This document shows, piece after piece, positions 1-11,253 of a stretch of 64,000 nucleotides of DNA. Each line of letters opens with the position of its first letter. Position 1 is the stretch's first letter. The translations under genes and the position numbers were made by a program. The notes below the pieces were generated by a model that saw nothing but the letters and a program-made list of their open reading frames with translations, had not been told where the DNA came from and ran no database searches. The DNA is from a virus, in IMG/VR virus record IMGVR_UViG_3300020469_000021, positions 40,957 through 104,956 of that record; one strand, written 5' to 3'.

Positions 1-447
1 GGAGCTATGGTTTCTTCAAAAGGCGATCCATTTTGGCCTTTCGTTCATTTTTATTTGCAAGCTTACCAATTTTTGCAAGAAAAAAAATTAAACGCAAACT
101 CCCATGTTAACTCAAAGACCCAGAATGTATTAAGAACTACAGGCCCAAGATTCTTAAGAGAAGCGTATGTAAAATATAAAAACGTGACAGAAGGCTTACC
201 AACTGGCAATGGAGTTAATGTATTCCCTTGGTTTTGCATTAATCTACCTAGAGTTCCAAGTGTTGATAAAGAAAATCCTTGGGTAGTTTACGATAGTTTT
301 CATCCAAAAAATTTAAGTAAAGTTGATAACGACAATCCAGCTTCTTCAGTTTGGTCAAGATTTTTACCCTTTACTGCCAAAGCAGAAGATTACCCAAATA
401 CTTTTTTTATCCACCAAAGCCTACAGACATGGCATAAAGATTTATGA
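1..447 (+). CDS. Glycosyltransferase (GT32/DXD sugar-binding type), C-terminal part; frame open to window start
   Basis: TTGPRFL motif and terminal H-x4-TW, typical of GT32-like enzymes; next to methyltransferases. Confidence 0.5.
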   Translation, partial: GAMVSSKGDPFWPFVHFYLQAYQFLQEKKLNANSHVNSKTQNVLRTTGPRFLREAYVKYKNVTEGLPTGNGVNVFPWFCINLPRVPSVDKENPWVVYDSFHPKNLSKVDNDNPASSVWSRFLPFTAKAEDYPNTFFIHQSLQTWHKDL

Positions 448-1004
448 TTGAAATACCATTTAGCCCTACAATGATTGCAGAGGCAAAAAAAAAGGCAGAA
501 GAACTTGGAGAAATAAATAATTCAATAACTAAAGGTGGGGGCAATAGAGCTGGCTATTTAGGAGAATTTTCAATTGCAAAACATATTAAGGCAAATAATG
601 TTAGTTGCGAACTTGGTAGATCCAAATATAACAGAGATTTAATAAAATACAAAGGCTCTACGGAGATTGACCTTGAGGTAAAGACTAAGCGCAGGACTGC
701 CAACCCTAAGTCTTATTACGATGCTTCTATAGCAGACACAAGCAAGCACCAACAACCTAATTATTACTTATTTTTGAGCATAACTTTTCAACGCTCAACA
801 AAAGAGCATCCTAGACAGTATTACAATCCATTAAGCGTATGGTTTTGTGGTTTTATGGAAAGAGATGAGTATTTTAAAAAAGCTAAACTATGGAAGAAAG
901 GAGATGTGGATAATAGCAATGACTTTACCACGAAAGTAGACATGTATAATCTTCCTTATTCTGAATTAATTCATCCAAAAGAATTTTTTAATATATTTAA
1001 ATAA
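444..1004 (+). CDS. Putative PD-(D/E)XK-fold nuclease-like phage protein
   Basis: GxLGE helix, RDL...EVKTK motif. Confidence 0.4.
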   Translation: MIEIPFSPTMIAEAKKKAEELGEINNSITKGGGNRAGYLGEFSIAKHIKANNVSCELGRSKYNRDLIKYKGSTEIDLEVKTKRRTANPKSYYDASIADTSKHQQPNYYLFLSITFQRSTKEHPRQYYNPLSVWFCGFMERDEYFKKAKLWKKGDVDNSNDFTTKVDMYNLPYSELIHPKEFFNIFK

Positions 1005-1006
1005 AT

Positions 1007-1798
1007 ATGAATCTACCAAGTTATTATCTATCTTTTGCTCAACAAATGGGTATAGATGTAGCAGATATTGTTAGGCTAGACAAATTTAAGTTCATTAATA
1101 AAGATTTTCCATTAGCTTCTATTTTAATATATGAATCACCTTTCAATAAAATTCGTGTTGGCAGAGATGGAGATGGAGGTTATGTAATTGCAGAGGGTTT
1201 GACTTACGATTGCTTAATTAGTGGAGGAGTCAATGACGATGACTCTTTTGAGCAAGATTTTCTATCTCTCAATGATGTTCCATCTTACGCTTTTGATGGC
1301 TCTATAGAGAAGATGCCTACAAAAGATAGAAGAATAAAATTCTACAGCAAGAACATCTCAGATAAAAACTCTAAAAAAGAAGATAATTTATCTAACTTGT
1401 TGAAAGACTATGATGACATTTTTTTAAAGATTGACATAGAAGGAGACGAATATATTTGGCTAAATAGCCTTGATGATGACCAGCTATCTAAATTCAAGCA
1501 AATCGCCATTGAGTTTCATGAGCCATATGAGCGATACAAATGGAGGTGCTTAGAAAGATTATCTTCAAGCCATTGGGCAATTCATTTTAATCCCAATAAT
1601 TGTGGTTCTGTTTGCTATCATGTTAATGATGAAGTTTCCACAAGAGTTGCCGAGTGTTTTGAAATGACATACATAAGGAAGGCAGACATAAAAGGCGAGC
1701 TGAATCTTAATAAATCAACATTTCCAACAAAATTAGATAAACCTAACGACCCAAATAGGAGAGTCATTAACTATCAGGGGTTTCCCTACTCAATATGA
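1007..1798 (+). CDS. FkbM/Methyltransf_22-like SAM methyltransferase
   Basis: RVGRDGDGGY, SFEQDF, FLKIDIEGDEY, QIAIEFH. Confidence 0.75.
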   Translation: MNLPSYYLSFAQQMGIDVADIVRLDKFKFINKDFPLASILIYESPFNKIRVGRDGDGGYVIAEGLTYDCLISGGVNDDDSFEQDFLSLNDVPSYAFDGSIEKMPTKDRRIKFYSKNISDKNSKKEDNLSNLLKDYDDIFLKIDIEGDEYIWLNSLDDDQLSKFKQIAIEFHEPYERYKWRCLERLSSSHWAIHFNPNNCGSVCYHVNDEVSTRVAECFEMTYIRKADIKGELNLNKSTFPTKLDKPNDPNRRVINYQGFPYSI

Positions 1799-2466
1799 GC
1801 ATGCAAAATATCTACATTTCTTTGGGTTATGGATGCCAAATAGCTGAAAAACTTCGAGATTTAAATTTAAGGAATTTTTCTTTGCCTTTCGACTGGGTAA
1901 TACCCCACGGAGGAGTTTCAGATATAATTAAAAATAATTTTAAAAATTTTTTACCTCAAGATAAATTTATAAATTCTAGAGGAGATGAGCATCCAATGAA
2001 TTTAAACTCTAAATTAATTTTCCCTCATAATGCATTTCCTAGGGATGAACAAGCAATGAAAAGAAGAATTCTTCGTTTCATGGAATTGCTTAAACTAAAA
2101 GACGATCAATTAATTTTTCTTAAACGAGGTCATTTGGAATCTCATCATAATGCAGAATATACGACAAAACATGGTTGGCCTATAAAAAATGATATATATG
2201 AATGTGAAGAGCTGAGCGCTTACTTGAAAGAAAAATACCCTAAATTACAATTTAAAATTGTACTAATCTTACTATGCTCACTTTGCTTTCAGCATACCGA
2301 AACTTCCAATTCAAAAAATATTTTAATATATAATTGCGCTTTCCCAAATTGCAATCGCCAACAAAAAGACGAAATTGCAGACAAAGCTTTAGTAAATATA
2401 ATTAAATCATTAAACAAACATGAAAACTATAACAAACAAGATATTCAGAAATTGGTTTATTCATAA
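1795..2466 (+). CDS. DUF1796-like putative papain-fold cysteine peptidase
   Basis: N-terminal ISLGxxC, SLPFDW, FPH, RRIxRF motifs. Confidence 0.65.
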   Translation: MSMQNIYISLGYGCQIAEKLRDLNLRNFSLPFDWVIPHGGVSDIIKNNFKNFLPQDKFINSRGDEHPMNLNSKLIFPHNAFPRDEQAMKRRILRFMELLKLKDDQLIFLKRGHLESHHNAEYTTKHGWPIKNDIYECEELSAYLKEKYPKLQFKIVLILLCSLCFQHTETSNSKNILIYNCAFPNCNRQQKDEIADKALVNIIKSLNKHENYNKQDIQKLVYS

Positions 2467-3022
2467 TGTTATCGGGCATCCAATCATACAGATGATGGGA
2501 ATGCTATTTTGTGGTCATGATTACACTCAGGTTGCTAGCTACGGCATTGGAGGCATGTGGGAATGTAAAAAGTGCGGCAAAAAAGAGGTTAGAGAACTTG
2601 CAGATTTTTATTAACAGACAGCTAAATGTCTCAGAGATGCTTTATTGGGTGATTCTTCCATTTGACGCGACAAAAGCTAGTGTAGTCTCAGTTTGGTTTC
2701 ATGATTCTACTTGCCCAAATAAAAGCCATAAAGACGAGTCGTTTACCTAGAATTTATTTGCCTTAAATATATAATATATTGTGAAAAAAGAGAAGCATGA
2801 ACAACCAAGGCTCTACACCTTCAGGGTTAAATATAACGCGGGTGCAGGGCATGAAGCGAATGATTCGTTTCATTATTTTAAAGCAATAAGCGCCGATCAA
2901 GCTTTAGACTTTCATTTTGCAATGATGGAAAGAAATAATTTCATTAGCCAAACTATTAGCGTGGAAAGAAAAGATCCCTATGCGGATAAATGGGTTTTAG
3001 AAGAAAGCAAAAAAAATAATAA

Positions 3023-3601
3023 ATGGACAAATATAACGGAAAATTGTTTCAAACAATAAATGGTGGAGATAAAAAATACTCAAAAGTCCACAGGAGATGT
3101 CTCGAACATGATGGGTGTATCGTAGACCTAGGTTGTTTAATGTGGAATTGGAGCAAATTTTTTATAGGTAAAAAAACCGTAATCGGCGCAGATCCATTTG
3201 AAAAACAAATCGAAAAAACTTTATTCTTCGAAGGGCTTGTGTCGAATTTCGATGGACATATAAACATGAAGAAAAAAGACTTTCTTGCTTCAAGTGATAT
3301 GTTTGAAGAAGGGGAACACAAAAAAGAAGTTTTATCATGGAAGTCTTTTTTGAATAAATTTAGTATTAAAGAAATATCTGTATTAAAAATGAATATTGAA
3401 GGAGCAGAATACGACCTATTAAGAAGTTTAACTAAAGAGGATTTTAGCAAAATAGACCAAATAGCAGTAAGCTTTCACGAATGGCTAAACCCGCAATGGA
3501 CAAAAGATACAGAAGAATGCATATCTATATTAAAAGAAAACAATTTTGATATTCTCAACTTAGGTCAGTTTGGGTGGAGATTATGCATAAAAAATGATTA
3601 A
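3023..3601 (+). CDS. FkbM-family methyltransferase
   Basis: IVDLGC, GADPF, VLKMNIEGAEY, QIAVSFH. Confidence 0.7.
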   Translation: MDKYNGKLFQTINGGDKKYSKVHRRCLEHDGCIVDLGCLMWNWSKFFIGKKTVIGADPFEKQIEKTLFFEGLVSNFDGHINMKKKDFLASSDMFEEGEHKKEVLSWKSFLNKFSIKEISVLKMNIEGAEYDLLRSLTKEDFSKIDQIAVSFHEWLNPQWTKDTEECISILKENNFDILNLGQFGWRLCIKND

Positions 3602-3633
3602 ATTAATTATATTTGGCTTTAGATTAATATTTT

Positions 3634-3709
3634 GCCACTTTAGCTCAGATGGTAGAGCACCTCACTTGTAATGAGGATGTCGTCAGTTCGATCCTGACAA
3701 GTGGCTCCA
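3634..3709 (+). tRNA. tRNA-Thr (anticodon UGU)
   Basis: GCCACTT/AAGTGGC acceptor, GCTC/GAGC D stem, CCTCA-CT TGT AA-TGAGG anticodon arm, GTCAG TTCGATC CTGAC T arm, encoded CCA. Confidence 0.97.
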
Positions 3710-3710
3710 T

Positions 3711-3887
3711 TTAACCGCCATGTTCATTTATTTTTTTTACAATTTCTTTTTTTTCTTCTTCGGTCAGCTTCTCATATTTTTCTTCAGCAAGCGCCCAAGC
3801 AGCTCTAACTCTCACCGCGTAATGGACTTTAAAGCTCTTGTCTGCCATAATTTCCACAGTCAAATAATCAACTATTCTGTTCCTCAT
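3711..3887 (-). CDS. Hypothetical 58-aa protein (MRNRIVDYLTVEIMADK...), not in ORF track
   Basis: Manual translation gives natural composition; GTGTA late-type motif just upstream (3897-3901, minus strand). Confidence 0.6.
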   Translation of the reverse strand: MRNRIVDYLTVEIMADKSFKVHYAVRVRAAWALAEEKYEKLTEEEKKEIVKKINEHGG

Positions 3888-3998
3888 ATAAAAAAATACA
3901 CAAAAAGCTTGACTTTGCCTGCCAAATATGCATTATTGTTCTTAGTTAACGAGATAAAAATCTCAAAACAAAAACAATAAAAATTCAAATATATAAAA

Positions 3999-6200
3999 AT
4001 GGATAATACATCGTTTATACAACTCACAGAACTATGGCAAGACGGCGGCTTTTCTGAAGTCGGAAATATTATTAACGAAGAAAAGTGGAGCGCTTCTAAG
4101 GTCGCAGAATTTTGCGCTTATGTTACAAGGTATCTTGGTACTTCTCAGCTAAATATACTATATAAATTTTTGTAATGGAAACCGAAACCGAAGTGCTTTA
4201 TTTAAATTCCGCTCATGAAATTATGGAGGCTAGTTTTGTATCTAGTCCATTTGAAATGAAGTTGGTTGCGGAAGCAATTTCTGAATTTACAAAGAAGCAT
4301 TATATAAATAATGAATCATTAGATGATTTTCGCTTAAAGCTTCAACAGGCATATCAATCCCACCATAATTTACATGAAAATGATTTCGGCTTCATAGAAG
4401 AAGATCGACAAGAGGTGTACGGAGCTTTTTAATCGTGAAAAGAAAGGAGCAAATAGAATTACTATGGATGACCCATGATTTTTTACTAGAAAAAATATAT
4501 CCTCTTGAAGAAGAAAACGAAATACTTTATGCAAATATAAAAGAATTCCAAAAAGAAGTAAACAATCCCCACAAATTACTAACGGCATTTCTGCAAATAA
4601 ACAAAGATTTAGATTTGTTTTATGGCAAACAATTAATTTGCTTGGACGATATAATTCCTTTGCATGAAGAGAATATAGACATTCCGCCAGAAAGAGAAAT
4701 TGACATCGAGACGCTTTATGCTTTGAGATGTGCTACCATTAATTTATTAGAAAACCACAGGGTCACAGGCGAAGAAATTAAACAATTAATTGACGATTTA
4801 AATGAAAGAAATTGAAAACAGGCGCAAAGAAAGGCATATCCTGCTTAAACTCGCGGAAGAATTGAGTGAGCTATCGGTAGAAGTTTTGCATTGCGTAAAT
4901 AAACCAAAGAAAGAAAATTTAAATGAAATCTTTTCAGAAATTAAAGATGTTGAAAAATGGATTTTAAAATTTAAAGAACTTAAAAATTAATTTAAATAAA
5001 AATATTATGATGAATGTTATACAAGTAGAAGATGCAAATAATGAAAAGTATCATATAAACCCGAAGCAGGTTATGTATGTAAAAGAAAAGGTGAGTGGTA
5101 GCTCAATTCTTTATAGAATAGCTCTAGCAAATGGAGAGTCTATTGTTACAAAAAATTCACATGGAATAGAGCAAATTATACGCTCTATGAAAAAATAATT
5201 TCAAAAAATGATTGAGCAAATAAGTGAAGAAATAAACTATCAAAAAGGCTACGACAAAGGTTGGACAGATGCCCAAGAATATCTTGCTAAAAAATTTGAA
5301 AAAAGTATGCTAAAAAATAAAACGGAGTCATACGATAAAGGCTATCAAGAAGGTGCGAATCAGAAAGATAACCAACCTTGTCTTTGCGGATTTTGGGGTA
5401 ATAAAAAATGAAAATATCAATTACTAATTACAATAAAACTTATAGCGTTGAATCTGATGAAGATGTAGATGCAGAAGGCTTGGCAGATATGTTAAAGGGC
5501 TTAATGGTAAGCATGGGCTTTCATCCTAAAAATGTAGACGAATTATTTAACACAGAATACGAATGGTTCTCCGAAGAAGAAAATGATTAATTGGATTAAA
5601 ATTGAAGACGAAATACCCGAAGAGGGGAAGAGACTGCTTTACTTTTTTGAAGGTACAGGTGTTTGGGTAGGTTTTTATTATGGAAGAGATGAAACTTACC
5701 CCGACTCAAATAACCATGTGTTCGGTTGCGAGGCAGGATTCTTAACAGGAGATGTCACTCATTACTGCTACATTGATTACCCCGAAGGTGGGGAATGGAG
5801 AGTCGAAGCAGATAAAGAATTTTCTAAAGAAGCAAAAAAAGAAATGCTAGAAATACAAAAAGAGCAGAATGAAATATTCAATAATTTACTTGGTGATTAA
5901 AATATGAAAACATTACATAATACTAAAAATTGCAAATACAGAAAATACTTGCATAAAAAATTAAAGCACGGCAAAATAAGTGGTAAGTTTTATAAGTTTC
6001 TTTGCAGAAGCTTTCCTTATCGACTTACTGCAAGAGAAGTTGAAATTTGTGTCACAATGGTTCTTGATGGCAGAATGAGTGAGAACAAAGCTATCACCAC
6101 TTTGCAAGGAGCAGAAACTGAACTTAAGAGACAAAGAGAGTTGTACAAGTCAAATGTAGAGTGCAGAAAAAAAATAGGGTGGAAACAAATAAATAAATGA
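3999..6200 (+). other. Run of about nine small hypothetical genes (incl. 4175-4432, 4435-4815, 4802-4990, 5007-5198, 5208-5411, 5408-5590, 5583-5900 DUF551-like, 5904-6200)
   Basis: Abutting or overlapping same-strand ORFs; 5583-5900 has WIxxxDExP...VTHY. Confidence 0.6.
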
Positions 6201-6622
6201 AAACAGGAATTACATTTTCAACTTTTGACCTTCTCCATGCGGGTCATATCTTAATGCTAAAAGAAGCAAAATCTGTCTGCGATTATCTTATTTGTGGTCT
6301 TCACATTGACCCGCAGATTGAGCGCCCTCAAAAAAATAAACCTATTCAAAGTGTGGTCGAGCGCTATATTCAATTATCTTCAGTAGAATATGTTGATGAA
6401 ATAATTCCTTATAATTTAGAGATGGATTTAGGCGACATTCTTCTAGGGTATAATATTGATGTTAGAATTATTGGTGCTGACTACAAGGGCGAAAACTTTT
6501 CGGGACTAGGCATTTGTCAAACCAAAGGTATTGAAATTTATTACAACGAAAGATCACATAGTTTTTCAAGCTCAGAATTAAGGAGAAGAATCGCCAATGC
6601 AGAACAAGAGAGGTTGCAATGA
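6197..6622 (+). CDS. Glycerol-3-phosphate cytidylyltransferase-like (TagD/RfaE class nucleotidyltransferase)
   Basis: TFDLLHAGH (HxGH), YVDEI, IGADY, RSHSFSSSELR. Confidence 0.88.
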   Translation: MKTGITFSTFDLLHAGHILMLKEAKSVCDYLICGLHIDPQIERPQKNKPIQSVVERYIQLSSVEYVDEIIPYNLEMDLGDILLGYNIDVRIIGADYKGENFSGLGICQTKGIEIYYNERSHSFSSSELRRRIANAEQERLQ

Positions 6623-7233
6623 AATTTTTAGAATGGGCATGGGATACTATTTGCGTAATTTGCATACTTTGTTATTGCATTTTTGCTAGTTTTAAATTAT
6701 TATTTACAAATGATGAATAAATTATTATACAATATGTTAAAAAACTCCGCACAAGCGGATATAGATAAAGCGAAATTAAGTCTCCATTTACTTGGAGAAA
6801 AAGCAGTTGGCATAGGAGATCATTCGACAGAAGATTTCTACAACAATGCCAAGGAAGCTCTATGCTTACTCGATGACGCGCAAGGTAGGCTAGAAGTTTT
6901 AAAACAATTTGAAAAACATTAATATGTAGAAAAATTAATTTAAATAAATTTATTATGTTTGATAGCGGTGTAGATAATCAGTTTGAAGAAGCTCATCAAA
7001 AAGGCTTGCACAGAGGCTTTGATCTAGGTTGGTCTTATAAAGGTAGATACTACCGACAAATAGTTAGAGATATGCTTAATGACAAAGACTATTTAATAAA
7101 GTCGGGAGAAGGAACTCTCAAAAGGCTCTTGAAGAAAATGGAAAGAGATAAAGACAACAGAGAGAACATTACAATAAATAGTTGGTAAATAGTTCTTGAC
7201 ACCTTCGGCTTCTTGTTATATAGTTGAGAAATT

Positions 7234-7752
7234 ATGGCAGAAGTAACACAAATAGAAGGAAATCTTTTGGACTTCCCAAATGATATTAATAGCATTGCTC
7301 ATTCCTGCAATACTAGACATATCATGGGTGCAGGTATAGCGAAACAAATTAAAGATCGCTACCCCGAAGCGCACGAAGCAGATTGGAAAGCGTTCAATCA
7401 AGAGTACGACCACAATGGACAATTTGTTCATTGGCTCGGTAAATTCTCAAAAGCCAAAATAAATGGCGACAAATATATATACAATATGTACACTCAAGCG
7501 AGCATCGGGACAGGTAGAGAAGTTCATTATGAAAAATTTTGGCAAGCATTAAAGAGGGTAGAACAAGACCTTTTTGAGATGAATGTAAATAAACATGAAT
7601 ACGATCCAACTCCACCTCCTGTCCTTGGATTGCCTTATGGCATCTCATGTGGGCTTGCAGGGGGAAATTGGGGAATAATAAAAGCAATGATCGAAGATAT
7701 TTTTCTTGACTCTCCTATAAAATGCTATATTGTTAAGTTTGATTTAGCATAA
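7234..7752 (+). CDS. Macro domain protein (Poa1p/TARG1/DarG-like ADP-ribose hydrolase)
   Basis: EGNLLD, IAHSCN, MGAGIAKQIK-x2-YP, IYNMYTQ, PYGISCGLAGGNW. Confidence 0.85.
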   Translation: MAEVTQIEGNLLDFPNDINSIAHSCNTRHIMGAGIAKQIKDRYPEAHEADWKAFNQEYDHNGQFVHWLGKFSKAKINGDKYIYNMYTQASIGTGREVHYEKFWQALKRVEQDLFEMNVNKHEYDPTPPPVLGLPYGISCGLAGGNWGIIKAMIEDIFLDSPIKCYIVKFDLA

Positions 7753-8135
7753 TGAACATTTTATACATAGTCAGAGGTCTTTCGGGGAGTGGCAAAACCA
7801 CTCTTGCCCATAATTTATCTCCTGTTGTTTATTCTGCTGATGATTGGTTTACAGATCAAGTAGGTAACTACGCTTTTAATCCAAATGAATTAAAAGTAGC
7901 GCATGAAAATTGTCAAAGAAATGTCAAATATGCTATGACGCAGAAAGCCAATGTTATAGCAGTAGCAAACACTTTCTCTCAAGCATGGGAAGCAGAACCT
8001 TACTTTGCTTTAGCCAAAGAATTTAATTACTCCCCTTTTGTTATTGAGTGTCAAAACTCTTTTCGAAATACACATGGAGTATCACAAGAAACAATTAACT
8101 CAATGAAAGATAGATGGGAGTCTAATTTAATATGA
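7752..8135 (+). CDS. AAA_33 P-loop kinase (polynucleotide-kinase-like)
   Basis: RGLSGSGKTT Walker A, SADD, VANT, NTHGV. Confidence 0.85.
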   Translation: MNILYIVRGLSGSGKTTLAHNLSPVVYSADDWFTDQVGNYAFNPNELKVAHENCQRNVKYAMTQKANVIAVANTFSQAWEAEPYFALAKEFNYSPFVIECQNSFRNTHGVSQETINSMKDRWESNLI

Positions 8136-8678
8136 AAGAAAAAGGATTATATGATAGATTTGATTTAGAAGAAGCAATTCAAAAAATGGGCATGGTAGAA
8201 GAGGATATAGAATCAATAATGTATGCTTTTTCTGACGCTCCAACGGCTTTTGTTGGGCATCCCTCTGAAGACCAAATATTAAATATGTTGATTGGGGCAA
8301 AAGAGTTGCATAAAGTTAGACAAGAAAAACTTTTTCATATTTTTGAAGATTTAGTTAAAAATAAAATTATAAAATGAATAAAAAAAATGATCCATTCTAC
8401 GATGAAGATTTTAATATCACTTGCCCCATCACAAATAAAGATGTTCTTGATGATTGCCATATCGTAATAGAGTTTGGTTATGGTAGTGACAAAGATATGA
8501 CTACTTATACTTTTTCCGCTGTACATGATGAAGTGGGCAAGAAAGTTGTAGCTTACATACAATCGCTCATGCCCAAAGGTAACTCCGTAGAAGATTTTAG
8601 TACAAATGTCATGGACGAATTGTTTGGGAGCGAAAGTTCTTGACAATTATTTTTTTTCCCTCAATATAGGAAGGTATT

Positions 8679-9632
8679 ATGGAATCAGATACAATGTTTA
8701 GTGGCTTGGTAGGACAATCAAGCGTCAAAAGAAAGTTAGCTTTTTATAAATCCGCTTTCAATCAAACTAGCCTATGCCCATTTTTGTTATTCGCAGGTGC
8801 TAAAGGCTTGGGCAAGACAGAGTTTGCCAAAGCTTTTGCTAATGAACTTAACAATCGAAGTGGTAGTAAAAGACCATTGCTAGAATTAAACTGCTCTACA
8901 TTATCTAATGTTGACACATTTTTTGAACAAGTCTTTCTGCCAATTATTAATAATAATGAAGTTTCAATTTTATTTGATGAAGCGCATGAATTACCCAAAG
9001 ACCTAACCAATGCTTTTTTGACTATTTTTAATACTGAAAGTAGCCCTAATAAGGAATTCATTTGGCAAGAGTCTGTCTGTCATTTTGATTTTACAAGACA
9101 AACCTATATGTTTGCAACGACTGAAACAGATAAGTTGTTTCCACCCTTGAAAGACAGGTTGACCCCAATAGACTTTGAGCCGTATTCTTATGACGAGCTT
9201 TCAAACATTATGGCTCTAAATATTAGTGATGACATTCATATTGATGACGATGCCTTAGAAAGACTTAGTAAGACAACTAGAGGTAACGCGAGAAATGCAG
9301 TCAAAAGAGCTAAGGAAGTCCATCTCTATTGCGAGGCTAAAAGAAAAGATAAGTTTTGCCTTGACGATTTGAGAGATTTAAAAGATACTTTAGATATTCT
9401 TCCGTTTGGAATATCAAGAACAGAAAAGGAAATCTTAGAAATATTACATAAAGATGGGTGTTGCACATTAACATCTCTATCAGCAAAAACAGGTTTAAGC
9501 AAGACTGCGCTAATGCAAGATCATGAAATGTACTTATTGAGAAAGTCTTTTATTGAGATTGATGGCAAAAGAAAGCTAACTCCAAATGGCAGAAAATTAA
9601 TAGCAAGAATATTAGAAGGAGAAACAAAATGA
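8679..9632 (+). CDS. ruvB: RuvB-like Holliday junction branch-migration AAA+ ATPase
   Basis: GLVGQ, GAKGLGKT, FDEAH, FATTE, PLKDRL, RGNAR, C-terminal winged helix ExYLL...GKRKLTPNG. Confidence 0.85.
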   Translation: MESDTMFSGLVGQSSVKRKLAFYKSAFNQTSLCPFLLFAGAKGLGKTEFAKAFANELNNRSGSKRPLLELNCSTLSNVDTFFEQVFLPIINNNEVSILFDEAHELPKDLTNAFLTIFNTESSPNKEFIWQESVCHFDFTRQTYMFATTETDKLFPPLKDRLTPIDFEPYSYDELSNIMALNISDDIHIDDDALERLSKTTRGNARNAVKRAKEVHLYCEAKRKDKFCLDDLRDLKDTLDILPFGISRTEKEILEILHKDGCCTLTSLSAKTGLSKTALMQDHEMYLLRKSFIEIDGKRKLTPNGRKLIARILEGETK

Positions 9633-11253
9633 TTGATATAATAAAAACTTGGCAAGCGCCCGATAAAATTGCTTTAGAAATAATTGACTTAGCTTTAACT
9701 CACATTAAAAAAGTTGAGCTTAACCCCGAAGTCGAAACCGAAGGAGATAACTTTGACTATTGGAATAGTTATGATTTGGGAGATGGTAATTATATAGATT
9801 ATAATATTCATTGTGGAGACGAGTGGTGCGAACTTAAACAAGATAGCTCGGGAGAGTATGAATATACTGATCCTAGCACATGGTCTTGGGATGTTGCTTG
9901 TTATGCAGTTAATCCACCAACTGAAGATAACCCCTATCATCAAATAGATACAGATAGAGAGCAATACTTATTTAGTTATAATAAAAAAGGAAATAGAGAG
10001 GTGGAGTTTGAAAATGAGTAATGGCAATTATTACGATAGAATTGATTTAGCTAAAAAGAATACTTATGTATTCAGCGTCCCCGCAACTTACTTTTATGAA
10101 GTAGATGCAGATTCCGAAGACGAGGCTAGAAAACTATTAGAAGAAGAAGGGGGCATGGACATCATGGGTACTCTTGGAGAAATCACCCACAAGGATTATA
10201 TGAATGCTACTCTTGAAGAGACTTGGTCAAGTGAATAAATATAATAATATGAAATTTTTTTTTGAGTTACTTATTATTGCAACTATTACCATTCTTTTGT
10301 GGTGTTTAGTATTTTGATGAACGAATTTCACGACCCAAAAGATAACTCTTGGAGTAAAAAAGATATTTTTTTGTTGACATACGCTATCGTTATTAATATA
10401 CTCACCCTTAGTTTTATATTATACATTATACTTTAAATTATGAGTGGAGAAGGTTTATCAGTTAGTTTTAGAAGAACGAAAGCGACTACCAAGTCTAATC
10501 AAGAACTCCTTAGAGAGTTTCAAAAGATTATCTATGCTAGTCGAGTGACTACCCACATGAAATGGTATGGTGAAGCTCATAGTGTTGACATACTAGAGCA
10601 TGGTGACGACAATCGACCAAAGTTTCAACAAGAATATGTTGCGATTAAAGATACTTTTCAATTTGAGATTAGCGTTTATGATTCTTGGTATCAAGATGCA
10701 GACCTATATGAATCCCATGAGAGAGAAGATAGCTTTGTTTCTTTTGCTAGAAAATTTGCCGAAGATAATAATTTAATGTATTTCCCCGATGGTTTTCCTG
10801 CTGAATGGATTGAGCAAGAAATAATTGATGGAAAGAAAAATTGGAATCATTATAATGTAAAACCCGATGACAAAAACATTGACAAGATATGTGAAGTGTG
10901 GTATAAATATGGTATGAAAAAATTACAAAACGATTCTGATTCCCTTTGGTATAATACTAGAGATGAAATAAAAGAATTAATGGAGAAAAAAGAACATGAA
11001 TATAGTAGCTGATGTAAAACATGACTCAGTAGGGAATGACGATGGTTCTTTTGGTGGAGAAGATTTTGTTTTAACAGGTGGAAACGCTTGGCTTAGAATA
11101 GATGGATATTCTTTAATGATTAGCAACCATGAAGACAGAATTTCAATTGCGCTCTTCCATCTTGGGAAAGAAGCTGACGATGAGCTTGAGAGTTTTGATT
11201 ATTTTAAATAATATCTTGACATCACCTTAAATGTATGTCAACATTATTGAGTA

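Noticed and set aside
3720-3980. Tracked + strand ORF (Phe-rich)
   Set aside because: Shadow of the minus-strand gene 3711-3887
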